Below the pieces are notes generated by a model. That model saw nothing but the letters and a program-made list of their open reading frames with translations. It was not told the origin of the DNA and ran no database searches. A DNA stretch of 64,000 bases from Planctomycetota bacterium (GTDB lineage Bacteria > Planctomycetota > MHYJ01 > WSZJ01): the NCBI GenBank assembly GCA_016190145.1, contig JACPRD010000135.1:28680-92679 (forward strand), given 5' to 3'. The translations under genes and the position numbers were made by a program. Shown here in pieces: positions 38,804 through 48,366 of the stretch. The stretch's first letter is position 1. Each line of letters begins with the position of its first letter.

Positions 38804-39186
38804 CGCTGTTCTCCATATCTTTCGTTTTTTCCGCCTGGTTTCCGGCGGGCCTCAGAATTGAGGACGTGCCGGATGGGCATGGCCGGGGAAATATGACGCG
38901 GATCAGGCTGCATATCAAGAGACTTTTGGCTGTTTTCCTGCACCAGACGAGGATTTTCCGCGTCCGGGCAGGCTTTCCGCGGGAGATCCGCTCCCGCCCG
39001 CCTCCCTCCGGCACCGGTCTTTCGACCGGCAGGAGGGAGAATATCACATCGCAGCACGGGATTCGGACGGATTCCTCGAAATCCGGACTCCGGGAGTCCG
39101 AGAGAGTTCTGGACCGCCCTGCCGCGGGGTACAATCCGCGCCCCGACTCCGCTGGAGGGGCCGGGGATTCACAGGAGACTCCCCCG

Positions 39187-39831
39187 ATGACGCTCCGCCT
39201 TCTCGCCGCCGCCGGTCTCCTCTGCGGCGCCCTCGCGGCCGCGCTCGCGCAACCCGGCCCTCCTCCCCGGGTTCCCCCGGTCCCCGTGGCCGACGCCGGC
39301 GCCGTCGCCGGCCGCCTTACCTTCTCTGCCGTCCGCCCGAAACAGCCCATCGTCGTCTACCTGGAACGCGAGGACGGCGGCGCCGCCGGCGCCATGCCGG
39401 GCCCGCTCACGATCCGGCAGAAGGGCGCACAGTTCACGCCGGCGTTCGCGGTCGCCGTCGCAGGGCAGGAAGTCGTCTTCGAAAACGACGAGGAAAAGGA
39501 AATCGACCACAACGTCTACTCGCTCGGCAGCGAAACGATCGACCTCGGCATCTTCCCGCCCAGGAAGTCGCAGAACCACGTCTTCACGAAACCCGGCGAA
39601 GTTTCCCTCTACTGCAGCGTCCACAAGCTCATGGACGGCAAACTCTTCGTCGCCCCCACCGCCGCATACGCCGTGGCCGACGACGACGGCGCCTTCTCGA
39701 TCGCCGGCATCCCCGCCGGAAACTACACGCTGCGGACCTACCAGAAGGCCAAACGCTTCCGCGAAGCCGAGCTGAAGGTCTCGATCCAGTCCGGAAACAC
39801 CTCCCAGCTGACGGTGGAGATGAAACGATGA
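39187..39831 (+). CDS. Secreted cupredoxin-like protein with C-terminal beta-sandwich
   Basis: QKGAQFTP, DHNVYS, YCSVHKLM (type-1 Cu-like H..C..H..M), FSIAGIPAGNYTL. Confidence 0.75.
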   Translation: MTLRLLAAAGLLCGALAAALAQPGPPPRVPPVPVADAGAVAGRLTFSAVRPKQPIVVYLEREDGGAAGAMPGPLTIRQKGAQFTPAFAVAVAGQEVVFENDEEKEIDHNVYSLGSETIDLGIFPPRKSQNHVFTKPGEVSLYCSVHKLMDGKLFVAPTAAYAVADDDGAFSIAGIPAGNYTLRTYQKAKRFREAELKVSIQSGNTSQLTVEMKR

Positions 39832-40556
39832 AGCGATCCGCGTTCCTTGCCGCGTTGCTCGCGCTCGCTTCCTGCGGCGGCGGCAGCTACGCCCCGCCCG
39901 CGGCGGACCGGGCGCAGGTCCTGGTGAAACTCAGGGCCGCGCCGAAGGAAGGCATCCGCGGCCCGAAGGCCGAGGGCACCGACGCCTACTCCGACAGCGG
40001 CGGCCCGGAACGGGGCAAGCGCTTCCAGCGCGTCGACTACCGCCACCTGGGCGACATCGCCGTGGTCCTCTCGGGCGCGGGCCTGGGCGAAGGCGGCCCG
40101 GCGCCGAAAACCGCTTCGCTCGAACTCTACTCGGACGGCGCTTCGCGCCGCCTGATCCTCATGGGCCCCGGCGGTTCCACCTCGCTGACCATCGTCAACA
40201 GGCGCTCCTCCGCCGTCTCGCTCTTCTGCTGCGGCGACACCGGCGACGGGTTCGACGCCCGGCTCGGGCCGGGCGAGCAGGCGGCGGTCACGCTGTCGAA
40301 GCCGGGCACGTACGAGATGGTGTGCGACGAGGACGAGACGCTGAAGGCGACGATCCTCGTGGCGCCGACATCCTGGGCCGCGCAGGGCGAATCGGGGGAC
40401 GAGGTTTTCTTCGACAACCTGCCTCCCGGGGAGTACGAGGTGGCGGTGATCGCGCCGCGGCTCCCCCGCTGGACGCGCAACGTGAGCGCGGTCGCCGGGA
40501 AGCGCGAGACGGTCGAGGCCGAGGTGAGCGTGAATTCCATGCGCACGGTGAAATAG
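39828..40556 (+). CDS. Lipoprotein, degenerate paralogue of previous gene
   Basis: Lipobox LASC; KPGTYEMVCDEDETLKATILVAPT..FDNLPPGEYEV. Confidence 0.7.
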   Translation: MKRSAFLAALLALASCGGGSYAPPAADRAQVLVKLRAAPKEGIRGPKAEGTDAYSDSGGPERGKRFQRVDYRHLGDIAVVLSGAGLGEGGPAPKTASLELYSDGASRRLILMGPGGSTSLTIVNRRSSAVSLFCCGDTGDGFDARLGPGEQAAVTLSKPGTYEMVCDEDETLKATILVAPTSWAAQGESGDEVFFDNLPPGEYEVAVIAPRLPRWTRNVSAVAGKRETVEAEVSVNSMRTVK

Positions 40557-40560
40557 CCCG

Positions 40561-42648
40561 ATGAGCCTCCGGTACAAGGCACTGGCCGCGGTGCTCGTGC
40601 TGGTCACCGCCGTCACCGGGGGGCTGGTCGTCTACGTCCGCCAGCAGTACGCGGCCGCCGAGGAAGAACGGATCCGGCAGGACCTGGCGAAGGACCGCGA
40701 CCGCGTGCGCGAGAAGTTCGACTCGGTCCGCGACCGGATCCCGACGGTCCTCCAGCTCTCCATCGTGTCCGGAGAACTCGATCCATTCCTCGCCCGGGAG
40801 GCGCAGATCGGAAACAACCTCGATCCGCTCGCGGAAGCCTGGCGCGCCGAGACGGGCTCGGATCTCGCCCTGGCCGCGTACGACACGCTTCAGGCCCGCG
40901 AAAAGAAGGCGAACATCTTCCACAGCGACGACGACCTCGCCGTGGTCGGGATGGCGCCGGAGTCGATTCCGGACGAGGTGAAGCGCCGTCTCGCGGCTTC
41001 GCCCGGCGTCTTCGGGGCGCTCAAGTCCTGCGCTCTGGACGTCCGCACCGTGCTGGAGGTCGTGCCCGCGCTCGACGGTCTCTACCTGATCGTCGCGATC
41101 CCCTTTTTCGAGGACGCGAAAAGGGGCCCCGACCGGTTCCGGCAGCTCGAGCGGCTGCGCGCCCTGCCGGCCCGGACCGCCGCGGAACAGGGGGAGTACG
41201 AGAAGCTCGGCGAAGAGCTCTACCCGGTCGGCGTCGCCGCCGTGGCGATCGAGTTGTCCAGCGCGTGGGCGATGAAGAACCGGGTGGAGGCCGAGAATCC
41301 GATCCAGCAGGTGCTGTTCGACGCAGGCAGGGTGACGGCGACCACGTTTCGCAGCGAGGGGGCCGCGCGGGACGCCCTCGCGGCGGCGGGAGCGGTGGTC
41401 GAGAACCGGACCTTCACGGTATCGCTCTCGGAAAACGGAAAGACCGAGACCTACGTCGGCCTCGCCCAGCACTTCAATGAGGACCTCCCCCACGGCGCCG
41501 CCCGGCCGGGGTTTGTCGCCCTCAAGGCGCGCGACCCCGAGCTGGCGCGCCTCGACCGGCTGCTGGCCGGAGTCACGGTGGGCGGCGTGGCCTACGCGGT
41601 CCTCGGCGCGGTGGCCGCCTACGGTCTGGCGAGCCTCGTCATCCGGAAACTCGCGGTGCTCCAGACGGCCGCCGAGCGGGTCCGCGCCGGCGACTTCAAC
41701 GTGTCGGTCGACATCCGCAGTCGCGACGAGATCGGGGCGCTCGGGACGGCGTTCAACAACATGATCAAGGGTCTCCAGGCGCTCGGGCTCTACACCGACA
41801 CCAGGGTCGCGCGGAACATCCTCGACAACTCGGAGATCATCGGCGGCGCCTCCGCGCGCCACGAGGGCACCGTCCTGTTCACCGATATCAGGAACTTCAC
41901 CGGCATCACCGAGTCCATGGATGCCGGCACGCTGACGGAACAGCTCAACGAGTACTTCACCGCCCTCGGCGACCACGTGAAGAAGGAAGAAGGCTACGTC
42001 GACAAGTTCATCGGCGACGCCGTCATGGCGTTCTGGGGCGAGCCTTTTCTCACGACGAAGGACCACGCGGTCCGCGCGTGCCGCGCCGCCCTTCGCTGTA
42101 TGCAGGCCACCGCCGACCTCCGCCGCTTCTGGAAAGAACGCGGCCGGCCTCTCTTCTACCAGCGCATCGGGGTCGCGACCGGGGAGGTCGTGGTGGGGAA
42201 CATCGGAAGCGCCACCAAGAAGAACTTCACGGTGATCGGCGATTCGGTGAACCTGGCGAACCGGCTGGAGGGGGCGAGCAAGATCTACGGCACGGAGATC
42301 CTGATCGACGAGCGCACGCGCGAGCTCGCGGGCGCGGCGGTCGTCGTGCGGGAGATCGACGAGATCACGGTGCGCGGGAAGCAGAAGCCGGTGCGTGTGT
42401 TCGAGCTTCTCGGGCTTGCGACGGACACGGGCACGCGCGCCCGGCGGATCCTCGACGGCTACGGGCGCGCGCTGGCGAGCTACCGCGCGAACGACCCTGC
42501 GGCGGCGATCGCGGCGCTGTCCGAGCTCGCGAAGACGGATCCCGACGACGGGCCTTCGAAGTGGCTCTGGAGCAAGTGCCAGGACGCGCTGGCCGGCCAG
42601 GGCCCCGCGGCGCCGACGCCCGTGACCCGCTCTTTCGGCGCGGTCTAG
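40561..42648 (+). CDS. Membrane class III adenylate cyclase with periplasmic sensor and HAMP
   Basis: 2 TM, DEIGALGTAFN, FTDIRNFT, DKFIGDAVMAFW, GNIGS..FTVIGDSVNLANRLEG. Confidence 0.9.
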   Translation: MSLRYKALAAVLVLVTAVTGGLVVYVRQQYAAAEEERIRQDLAKDRDRVREKFDSVRDRIPTVLQLSIVSGELDPFLAREAQIGNNLDPLAEAWRAETGSDLALAAYDTLQAREKKANIFHSDDDLAVVGMAPESIPDEVKRRLAASPGVFGALKSCALDVRTVLEVVPALDGLYLIVAIPFFEDAKRGPDRFRQLERLRALPARTAAEQGEYEKLGEELYPVGVAAVAIELSSAWAMKNRVEAENPIQQVLFDAGRVTATTFRSEGAARDALAAAGAVVENRTFTVSLSENGKTETYVGLAQHFNEDLPHGAARPGFVALKARDPELARLDRLLAGVTVGGVAYAVLGAVAAYGLASLVIRKLAVLQTAAERVRAGDFNVSVDIRSRDEIGALGTAFNNMIKGLQALGLYTDTRVARNILDNSEIIGGASARHEGTVLFTDIRNFTGITESMDAGTLTEQLNEYFTALGDHVKKEEGYVDKFIGDAVMAFWGEPFLTTKDHAVRACRAALRCMQATADLRRFWKERGRPLFYQRIGVATGEVVVGNIGSATKKNFTVIGDSVNLANRLEGASKIYGTEILIDERTRELAGAAVVVREIDEITVRGKQKPVRVFELLGLATDTGTRARRILDGYGRALASYRANDPAAAIAALSELAKTDPDDGPSKWLWSKCQDALAGQGPAAPTPVTRSFGAV

Positions 42649-42717
42649 CGAATCCGGATGCGGGAGGTCCGGAATCCCCTTGCCCTTTCCTCCGGTGGCC
42701 GCAAGAATCTCTGCCCC

Positions 42718-43314
42718 ATGTCGATTCACGTCCTTAGCGTCTGCGGCTCGAGCTCGAAGGACAGCCGCACGCGCAGGATCCTCGAGATCGCGGCCGCGGG
42801 GGCCCGCGCGGCCGGCGCGGAAATCGACTTCCTCGACCTGCGCGAAACCGCGCTTCCCATCATGGATCCGGACAGCGCGACGCAGAAGGCGGACCCGACG
42901 GTGAAGCGGGTCCTGGAGACGGCGGCGTGGGCGCAGGGGTTCCTGATCGCGACGCCCGAGTACCACGGAAACCTGTCGGGGGCGCTCAAGAACTGGTTCG
43001 ACTTCCTGTACCCGGAGCTCGCGGGGAAGGTCGCGGGCGTCGTCGCGAGCACGGGCGGAGGCGGCGGCGAAATGTCCATCGTCTCGGCGAAAAACAGCTT
43101 CAACTGGTGCCACGGTTTCACCCTTCCGTTCCACGTCGCGGCCCGGGGGGCGGACTGGGAGGGCGAGACGCTGCGCGACGAGAAGATCGTCGACCGGCTG
43201 GGCCGGCTGGGCCGGGACGTCGTGCGGTACACTCAGGCGATCGCGCCGGCCTGGGAGGCGGCGAAGAAAGAGGGGAAAGGCCCGGAGTCGGGATTCGCGG
43301 GTTTTCACACGTAG
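42718..43314 (+). CDS. NADPH-dependent FMN reductase
   Basis: GSSSKDSRT, ATPEYHGNLSGALKNWFD, GGGGG. Confidence 0.88.
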   Translation: MSIHVLSVCGSSSKDSRTRRILEIAAAGARAAGAEIDFLDLRETALPIMDPDSATQKADPTVKRVLETAAWAQGFLIATPEYHGNLSGALKNWFDFLYPELAGKVAGVVASTGGGGGEMSIVSAKNSFNWCHGFTLPFHVAARGADWEGETLRDEKIVDRLGRLGRDVVRYTQAIAPAWEAAKKEGKGPESGFAGFHT

Positions 43315-43341
43315 TCGGACAACTCTCGGAGGGGAACGGAC

Positions 43342-43950
43342 ATGAGGCGTTTCGGAACAGCGGCGGTGTTGGCGATCGGCGTCGTGCTGGCGGGATGCGG
43401 CGGTGACACGAAGGACGAGGACTGCTGCAAGGAAGGCGCGGCCTGCTGCAAGGAGGGCGCCGATTGCTGCAAGGGCAAGGATGGCGCCGCGGCGAAGGAG
43501 GTCAGGGCAGTCGCGAAGCTGGACGGCCGGGACGGGGCGGCGGTGAAGGGCACGGCGACGTTCGTGGCGAAAGGCGGAAAGGTATGGCTGACCGTCGAGA
43601 TCGAGGGCGCCTCGGCCGGGCCGCACGCGTTCCACATTCACGAGAAGGGGGACTGCAGCTCGGCGGATGCGAAGTCCGCGGGGGGGCACTGGAATCCGAC
43701 GTCGAAGGCGCACGGGAAGTGGGGCGAGGGGGAGTTCCATCTGGGGGACATCGGAAACATCGAGGTAGGTCAGGACGGCAAGGGCAGCCTCAAGGTGGAG
43801 ACCGACCTGTGGACGGTAGGGACGGGCCAGTCGAACGACGTGGTGGGCAAGTCGGTGATCGTCCACGAGGGGGCGGACGATTTCAAGACGCAGCCGACGG
43901 GGAATGCCGGCAAGCGGTTCGGGTGCGGGGTGATTGAGCTGACGAAGTAG
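43342..43950 (+). CDS. sodC: Cu/Zn superoxide dismutase lipoprotein with N-terminal CC repeats
   Basis: LAGC lipobox; HAFHIH, GGHWNP, HLGDIGN, VHEGADD, GNAGKRFGC. Confidence 0.9.
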   Translation: MRRFGTAAVLAIGVVLAGCGGDTKDEDCCKEGAACCKEGADCCKGKDGAAAKEVRAVAKLDGRDGAAVKGTATFVAKGGKVWLTVEIEGASAGPHAFHIHEKGDCSSADAKSAGGHWNPTSKAHGKWGEGEFHLGDIGNIEVGQDGKGSLKVETDLWTVGTGQSNDVVGKSVIVHEGADDFKTQPTGNAGKRFGCGVIELTK

Positions 43951-44015
43951 GGATTCGGACGGCCACGGCTTCGGCCGTGGCCGTTACATTTGCCGAGGTT
44001 ACGGTGCAGCGTCGG

Positions 44016-44181
44016 AGCCATAAGCCATAAGCCATTAGCGGCGCGCTTCGCGCGCCACAAGCAGTCGGAGCGGACTTCAGTGTTCCCGGGCCGCCGGGAG
44101 TCCGGGAACACTGAAGTCCGCCGCGCACCAGGTGGCGCGCGCAGCGCGCCGCTTATAGCTTATGGCTTATGGCTTATGGCT
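44016..44181. repeat. 166-bp palindrome with TAAGCCA/TGGCTTA heptamer arms
   Basis: Perfect 20-bp inner stem 44070-44089/44102-44121, GC-rich middle stem, heptamer outer arms. Confidence 0.9.
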
Positions 44182-44225
44182 GGCATGGAGTTCCCCGGCA
44201 TTCGCCAAATCGCTACCATGCCCCG

Positions 44226-45137
44226 ATGCACTACGACTTCGGCGTGGCGTGGAACTGGGAGCATGACGAGGACCTCGTCGCGGATCTGGGGCGCGCCTGC
44301 GCGGCGCGCGGGATCCGATTCCACTCCGTCACGGAATCCGGGCTGGGAGCAAGCCTGGAGGCCGCGGCGCGCGGGGAGCTGGGCTGGTCCGTGTTGCTCG
44401 ACCGGGCCTGGGAGTCCGACCCCCGCTTCCAGGAACTGAACACCGTCGCCGCCTCGGAGGGGACGCGGATCCTGAATCCGCCGGACCGGGCGTCGGCGAT
44501 GGGGAACAAGGCGGCGATCCACGCGGCGCTGGCGGGAGCGGGGGTCAGCGTGCCGCAACAGATCGACTTCATGCCGTCGGAGTGGAATGCGATTCTCTAC
44601 GAGAGTCACGCGGAGGCCTGGCGGCGGCCGCTCTGGCTCAAGCCGGCCTCGCGCGGCGGCGGTGACGGCGTCGTGCCACTTCCCCGCCTCCCCGACCGCT
44701 TTCCTCTCGGCGCGGACTGGCAGGGGGAGCGGTTCATTCTGCAGGAGGGAATACCTCCGATGAGGCTGGCGGGGCGGGCGGCGTATTTCCGGGTCTTCAC
44801 GGTGCTGGGGCGTGTCTTCCCGCTCTGGTGGGACCCGGCGACGCACCGGTTCGCGCCGCTGTCGGCGGCGGACGAGCGGGAGTACGAGCTGGAGTGTGTC
44901 GCGCACCGCGCGCTCGAGGTCGGCCAGGTGTGCGGGATGGACCTGTTTTCCACGGAAATCTCGGTCCCGTCGCCAGGCGTGGCGAGCGTCATCGATCCGG
45001 TGAACGACCCCGTGGACCTGCGCCGCCAGTCGCGCACCGCGGACGGGGTGCCCGATGCGATCCTTTCGATGATCGTGGATTCCCTGGCGGAGGGGGTGGG
45101 TGGAATAATCCGCACGCACCGGATGTTGGAAAGCTGA
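44226..45137 (+). CDS. ATP-grasp-like protein
   Basis: RILNPP..NKA.IH, WLKPASRGGGDGV, FILQEGI, FSTEI..ID.VND. Confidence 0.72.
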   Translation: MHYDFGVAWNWEHDEDLVADLGRACAARGIRFHSVTESGLGASLEAAARGELGWSVLLDRAWESDPRFQELNTVAASEGTRILNPPDRASAMGNKAAIHAALAGAGVSVPQQIDFMPSEWNAILYESHAEAWRRPLWLKPASRGGGDGVVPLPRLPDRFPLGADWQGERFILQEGIPPMRLAGRAAYFRVFTVLGRVFPLWWDPATHRFAPLSAADEREYELECVAHRALEVGQVCGMDLFSTEISVPSPGVASVIDPVNDPVDLRRQSRTADGVPDAILSMIVDSLAEGVGGIIRTHRMLES

Positions 45138-45154
45138 GAGGAGAAAAAAGCGCG

Positions 45155-45712
45155 GTGAACCGGGCGGATCAGCAGATCTTCGAAAAGATCGCATTCGAGC
45201 ACGTGGACCGTCTCTTCGGGACGGCCCTCAAGCTCACGCGCAACTCCGCGGAGGCGGAAGACCTCGTGCAGGAAACGTTCACGCGCGCCTTTCAGCATTT
45301 CGACCAGTTCGAACAGGGCACCAACTTCAAGGCCTGGATCTTCCGGATCCTCGTCAACACGTACATCAACGGATACCGGCGCAAGGAACGCGCGCCGGTG
45401 CTCGTGGATTTCACGGAGATGGAGCCCGTCTACGAAGAGGCGGCGCAGGAGACGTCGTTCCTGAACCAGCCGGCGGAGAGTCTGTACGACCTGCTGGACG
45501 ACGAAGTGAAACAGGCTCTGGAGAGGCTGCCGGAGGAGTACCGGATGGTGCTGCTGCTGGCCTCGGTCGAGGGCTTTTCGTACGAGGAGATCGCGAAGAT
45601 GGTGGGATGTCCGATCGGGACGGTGATGAGCCGGCTGTTCCGCGCGCGCGCGCTGATGAGGAAGTCGCTCGTCGAATACGCGCGGGAGCGGGGCCTGAGG
45701 GAAAAGAAATGA
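45155..45712 (+). CDS. ECF sigma factor, SigH/SigR-like
   Basis: GAGGAG RBS, GTG start; EAEDLVQETF..GTNFKAWIFRILVNTYIN; SYEEIA..PIGTVMSRLFRAR. Confidence 0.92.
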   Translation: MNRADQQIFEKIAFEHVDRLFGTALKLTRNSAEAEDLVQETFTRAFQHFDQFEQGTNFKAWIFRILVNTYINGYRRKERAPVLVDFTEMEPVYEEAAQETSFLNQPAESLYDLLDDEVKQALERLPEEYRMVLLLASVEGFSYEEIAKMVGCPIGTVMSRLFRARALMRKSLVEYARERGLREKK

Positions 45713-46500
45713 ACTGCTCCGAGGCCCGCAAGCTGGTGCATCTTTTCGTGGACGGCGCGCTGGACCCGCGCGCGAACGTGGACGTGCTCGCGCACCTGAA
45801 CATGTGCGCGGCGTGCTCCGCGCGGTTCGAGGACGCGAAGAAATTCGAGGAGTTCCTGCGGTCGAAGCTCCGACACGACGAGACTCCCGCGGGGGTGCGG
45901 ATCCGGCTGGAGTCGGGGATCGCGCGGCTCTCGCAGCCCTGGCCGGCGCGGATGGCATGGAGGCTCAAGCGGCACCCGATGGCGGCGATGAGCGGGGTCG
46001 CGGCGGTGCTCGCGATTTCGCTCGTGGGCTGGCAGACCTGCGGCGTGCTGTTCACCTGCCCCTACGTGCGCGCGAGCGCGGACCACTACCTGCGCATCGC
46101 CGCGGGCGAACTCCCGATGACGGTTCCGGGCTCCGCGGCGACGCTGGCGGGAAGCGTGCCGGTGAGGAAATTCGACGGGCTGGAGCATTCTGGACGCGGC
46201 GTCTTCGCGCTGTCCGACAACCTGCGCGACGCCGTCGGGGACGCGTACCGCATGACGCACTGCCCCACCGGGTCGCGGTGCGTGGTCCTGTTCTCCGTGA
46301 GCCTGCCCGGCGTCGACATCGGAAACCACGACTGCGTGGAGATGCACGGGCGCAAGTTCACGCGCTGGGAGTACGATGGCTGCCGCCTCGTCTGCTGGAA
46401 GGACGAGAAGAACGGCCTCTACTGCATCATGGTGTGCAAGAAACAGGAGATGGAAGACGACGCGCTCCTGAACATCGCTTCTTTGGCGGCCACCGAATGA
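45709..46500 (+). CDS. zf-HC2 anti-sigma factor, one TM, Cys-rich C-terminal domain
   Basis: MNCSE..HLNMCAAC; TM; nine Cys after the TM; ATGA overlap with sigma. Confidence 0.88.
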   Translation: MNCSEARKLVHLFVDGALDPRANVDVLAHLNMCAACSARFEDAKKFEEFLRSKLRHDETPAGVRIRLESGIARLSQPWPARMAWRLKRHPMAAMSGVAAVLAISLVGWQTCGVLFTCPYVRASADHYLRIAAGELPMTVPGSAATLAGSVPVRKFDGLEHSGRGVFALSDNLRDAVGDAYRMTHCPTGSRCVVLFSVSLPGVDIGNHDCVEMHGRKFTRWEYDGCRLVCWKDEKNGLYCIMVCKKQEMEDDALLNIASLAATE

Positions 46501-46910
46501 AAACGACGATCCTGGCCGCGGTCCTGATGGTCGCGGGCTGCGCCGAGCAGGGCGGCACGGGCGCGAGCGGAGCCTGGCGGACGGACTACGCGGGCGCGCT
46601 GGCGGAAGCGAAGTCGGCGGGGAAGCCGGTCCTGCTGGACTTCCACGCCGACTGGTGAGGCGGCTGCGTGCAGCTCGCGGGGCAGTTGGCCTCGGCTGAT
46701 TTTGAGGAGCTGGCGAAGGGATTCGTGCTGGTGAAGGTCGACCTGACGGACCGGTCCGAGAACAATCCCAACCGCCCGATCGCGGCGCAGTATTCGGTGC
46801 GCTCGATCCCGGACATCCGGATCCTGTCGGCGGAGGGAAAGGAAATCTCCAACCCGGGTTCGACGAAGTCCGCGGTCATGGAAGCGATGAAGAAGGCGCT
46901 CGGCAAGTAG
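46497..46910 (+). CDS. Thioredoxin-fold lipoprotein, predicted selenoprotein (UxxC; TGA 46656-46658)
   Basis: MKTTILAAVLMVAGC..GKPVLLDFHADW-TGA-GGC..FVLVKVD..YSVRSIP (cis-Pro region); both halves in frame; ATGA overlap with anti-sigma. Confidence 0.88.
46671..46698 (+). promoter_or_regulatory. Candidate SECIS hairpin
   Basis: cagc-tcg-cggggc-AGTTG-gcctcg-gctg; loop about 26 nt after the TGA with G at loop position 2. Confidence 0.6.
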
Positions 46911-46949
46911 GCCGGGCGCGCCCGGGCGTTTTCGGCGATGCTTGAGGCC

Positions 46950-48362
46950 ATGAAGACCACTCTCGCGCTCGGAATCGGGTTCTTCCTGTCCTCCCTGCTC
47001 CCGTGCTCGGCCGAGCTTTCCGCCGCGGCCTCGGCGGTCGACATCACGCCGGATCCGGCCGCGGGCCCCGTCTGGATCGCGGGCTTCGGCCTCGGGCGGC
47101 GCGCGACGGGCGTCCACGACCCGATCATGAGCCGCGCCCTCCTGGTTTCCGACGGGAAGACCACCGTCGGCCTGGTCGCGCTCGACCTGGTGGGGCTCAT
47201 GCGCCCGCACGTCGAGCGGATCCGGAAGGAGGCGGGCGGAGCCGTGGACTTCCTCGTCGTCGCCTCCACGCACAACCACGAGGGCCCGGACACCATGGGT
47301 CTCTGGGGGGAATCGCCGTTCGTGTCGGGGATCGACGCGGCGTACGTCGAGCGGCTGGTAGGCGCGGTTTCGGCGCAGGTCGAAACGCTCGCGCAGCATC
47401 TCCGGCCCGTGACGCTGCGCGCGGTCCAGCTCCAGGCGCCGACGGCGGATTACGTCGCCGACTCCCGCGACCCCCTCGTGATCGACGACACGCTCTCCGC
47501 TCTCCAGCTCGCCGCCGCCGACGGCCGCGCGGTCGCGACCGTCGTCAACTGGGCGAATCATCCCGAGACGCTCTGGAGCCGGAACACCCTGCTCTCCGCG
47601 GACTACCCGGGCGCGCTCTGCAGGCGCCTCGAAGAGCGCTTCGGCGGAACCGGTGTTTTCTTTTCGGGAGCCCTCGGCGGAATGATGACTCCCGACCACC
47701 GGAAGGACGAGAAGGGCGAAGAGATGCACACTTTCGAAGAGGCCGAAAGGATCGGGCGGGGCATCGCGGACCTCGCCGCCGACGCCCTCGCGAAGGCCCC
47801 CGCGGAGCCGGCGCCCGCGCTCTCATTCCGCTCGAAGGACGTCCTCATCGCCTGCACCAACCGCCGCTTCCACCTTGCCATGGGCCTGAAGCTCCTCGCG
47901 CGCGGCACTTTCACGAAGTCCGGCGACGCGTTCGGGGGGAAGATCTCGCCGAAGAACGTGCCGTACGTGAAGACCGAGGTCGGCCTCATCGCCCTCGGCC
48001 CCGTCTCCCTCGCCCTCGTCCCCGGTGAACTCTTCCCCGAACTCGCGGTCGGCGGCTACGACGGCTCGAAATCTTTCGGGCGGCCGGTGGTGAAGAAGGA
48101 CAACCCGAACCCGCCGGATCTGTCGAAGGCGCCGAAGGGTCCGTACCTGAGGGATCTGATGGCGTCGCGGGTGGAGATGATCGTGGGGCTGGCGAACGAC
48201 GAGATCGGGTACATCGTGCCCGAGTACGATTTCCAGGCGAACCTGAAGTCGGCGACGATGGAGCCGCAGCCTGAGGGGGACCACTACGAGGAGACGAACT
48301 CGCTGGGGAAGAAGGCGGCGTCGAAGGTGATGGGGGCGCTGGAAGGGCTTCTGAGGGACTGA
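46950..48362 (+). CDS. Secreted neutral/alkaline ceramidase-like protein
   Basis: GVHDPIMSRA, STHNHEGPD, NWANHPE, SADYPG, PGELFPE, NDEIGYI, HYEETNS. Confidence 0.78.
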   Translation: MKTTLALGIGFFLSSLLPCSAELSAAASAVDITPDPAAGPVWIAGFGLGRRATGVHDPIMSRALLVSDGKTTVGLVALDLVGLMRPHVERIRKEAGGAVDFLVVASTHNHEGPDTMGLWGESPFVSGIDAAYVERLVGAVSAQVETLAQHLRPVTLRAVQLQAPTADYVADSRDPLVIDDTLSALQLAAADGRAVATVVNWANHPETLWSRNTLLSADYPGALCRRLEERFGGTGVFFSGALGGMMTPDHRKDEKGEEMHTFEEAERIGRGIADLAADALAKAPAEPAPALSFRSKDVLIACTNRRFHLAMGLKLLARGTFTKSGDAFGGKISPKNVPYVKTEVGLIALGPVSLALVPGELFPELAVGGYDGSKSFGRPVVKKDNPNPPDLSKAPKGPYLRDLMASRVEMIVGLANDEIGYIVPEYDFQANLKSATMEPQPEGDHYEETNSLGKKAASKVMGALEGLLRD

Positions 48363-48366
48363 ACTA

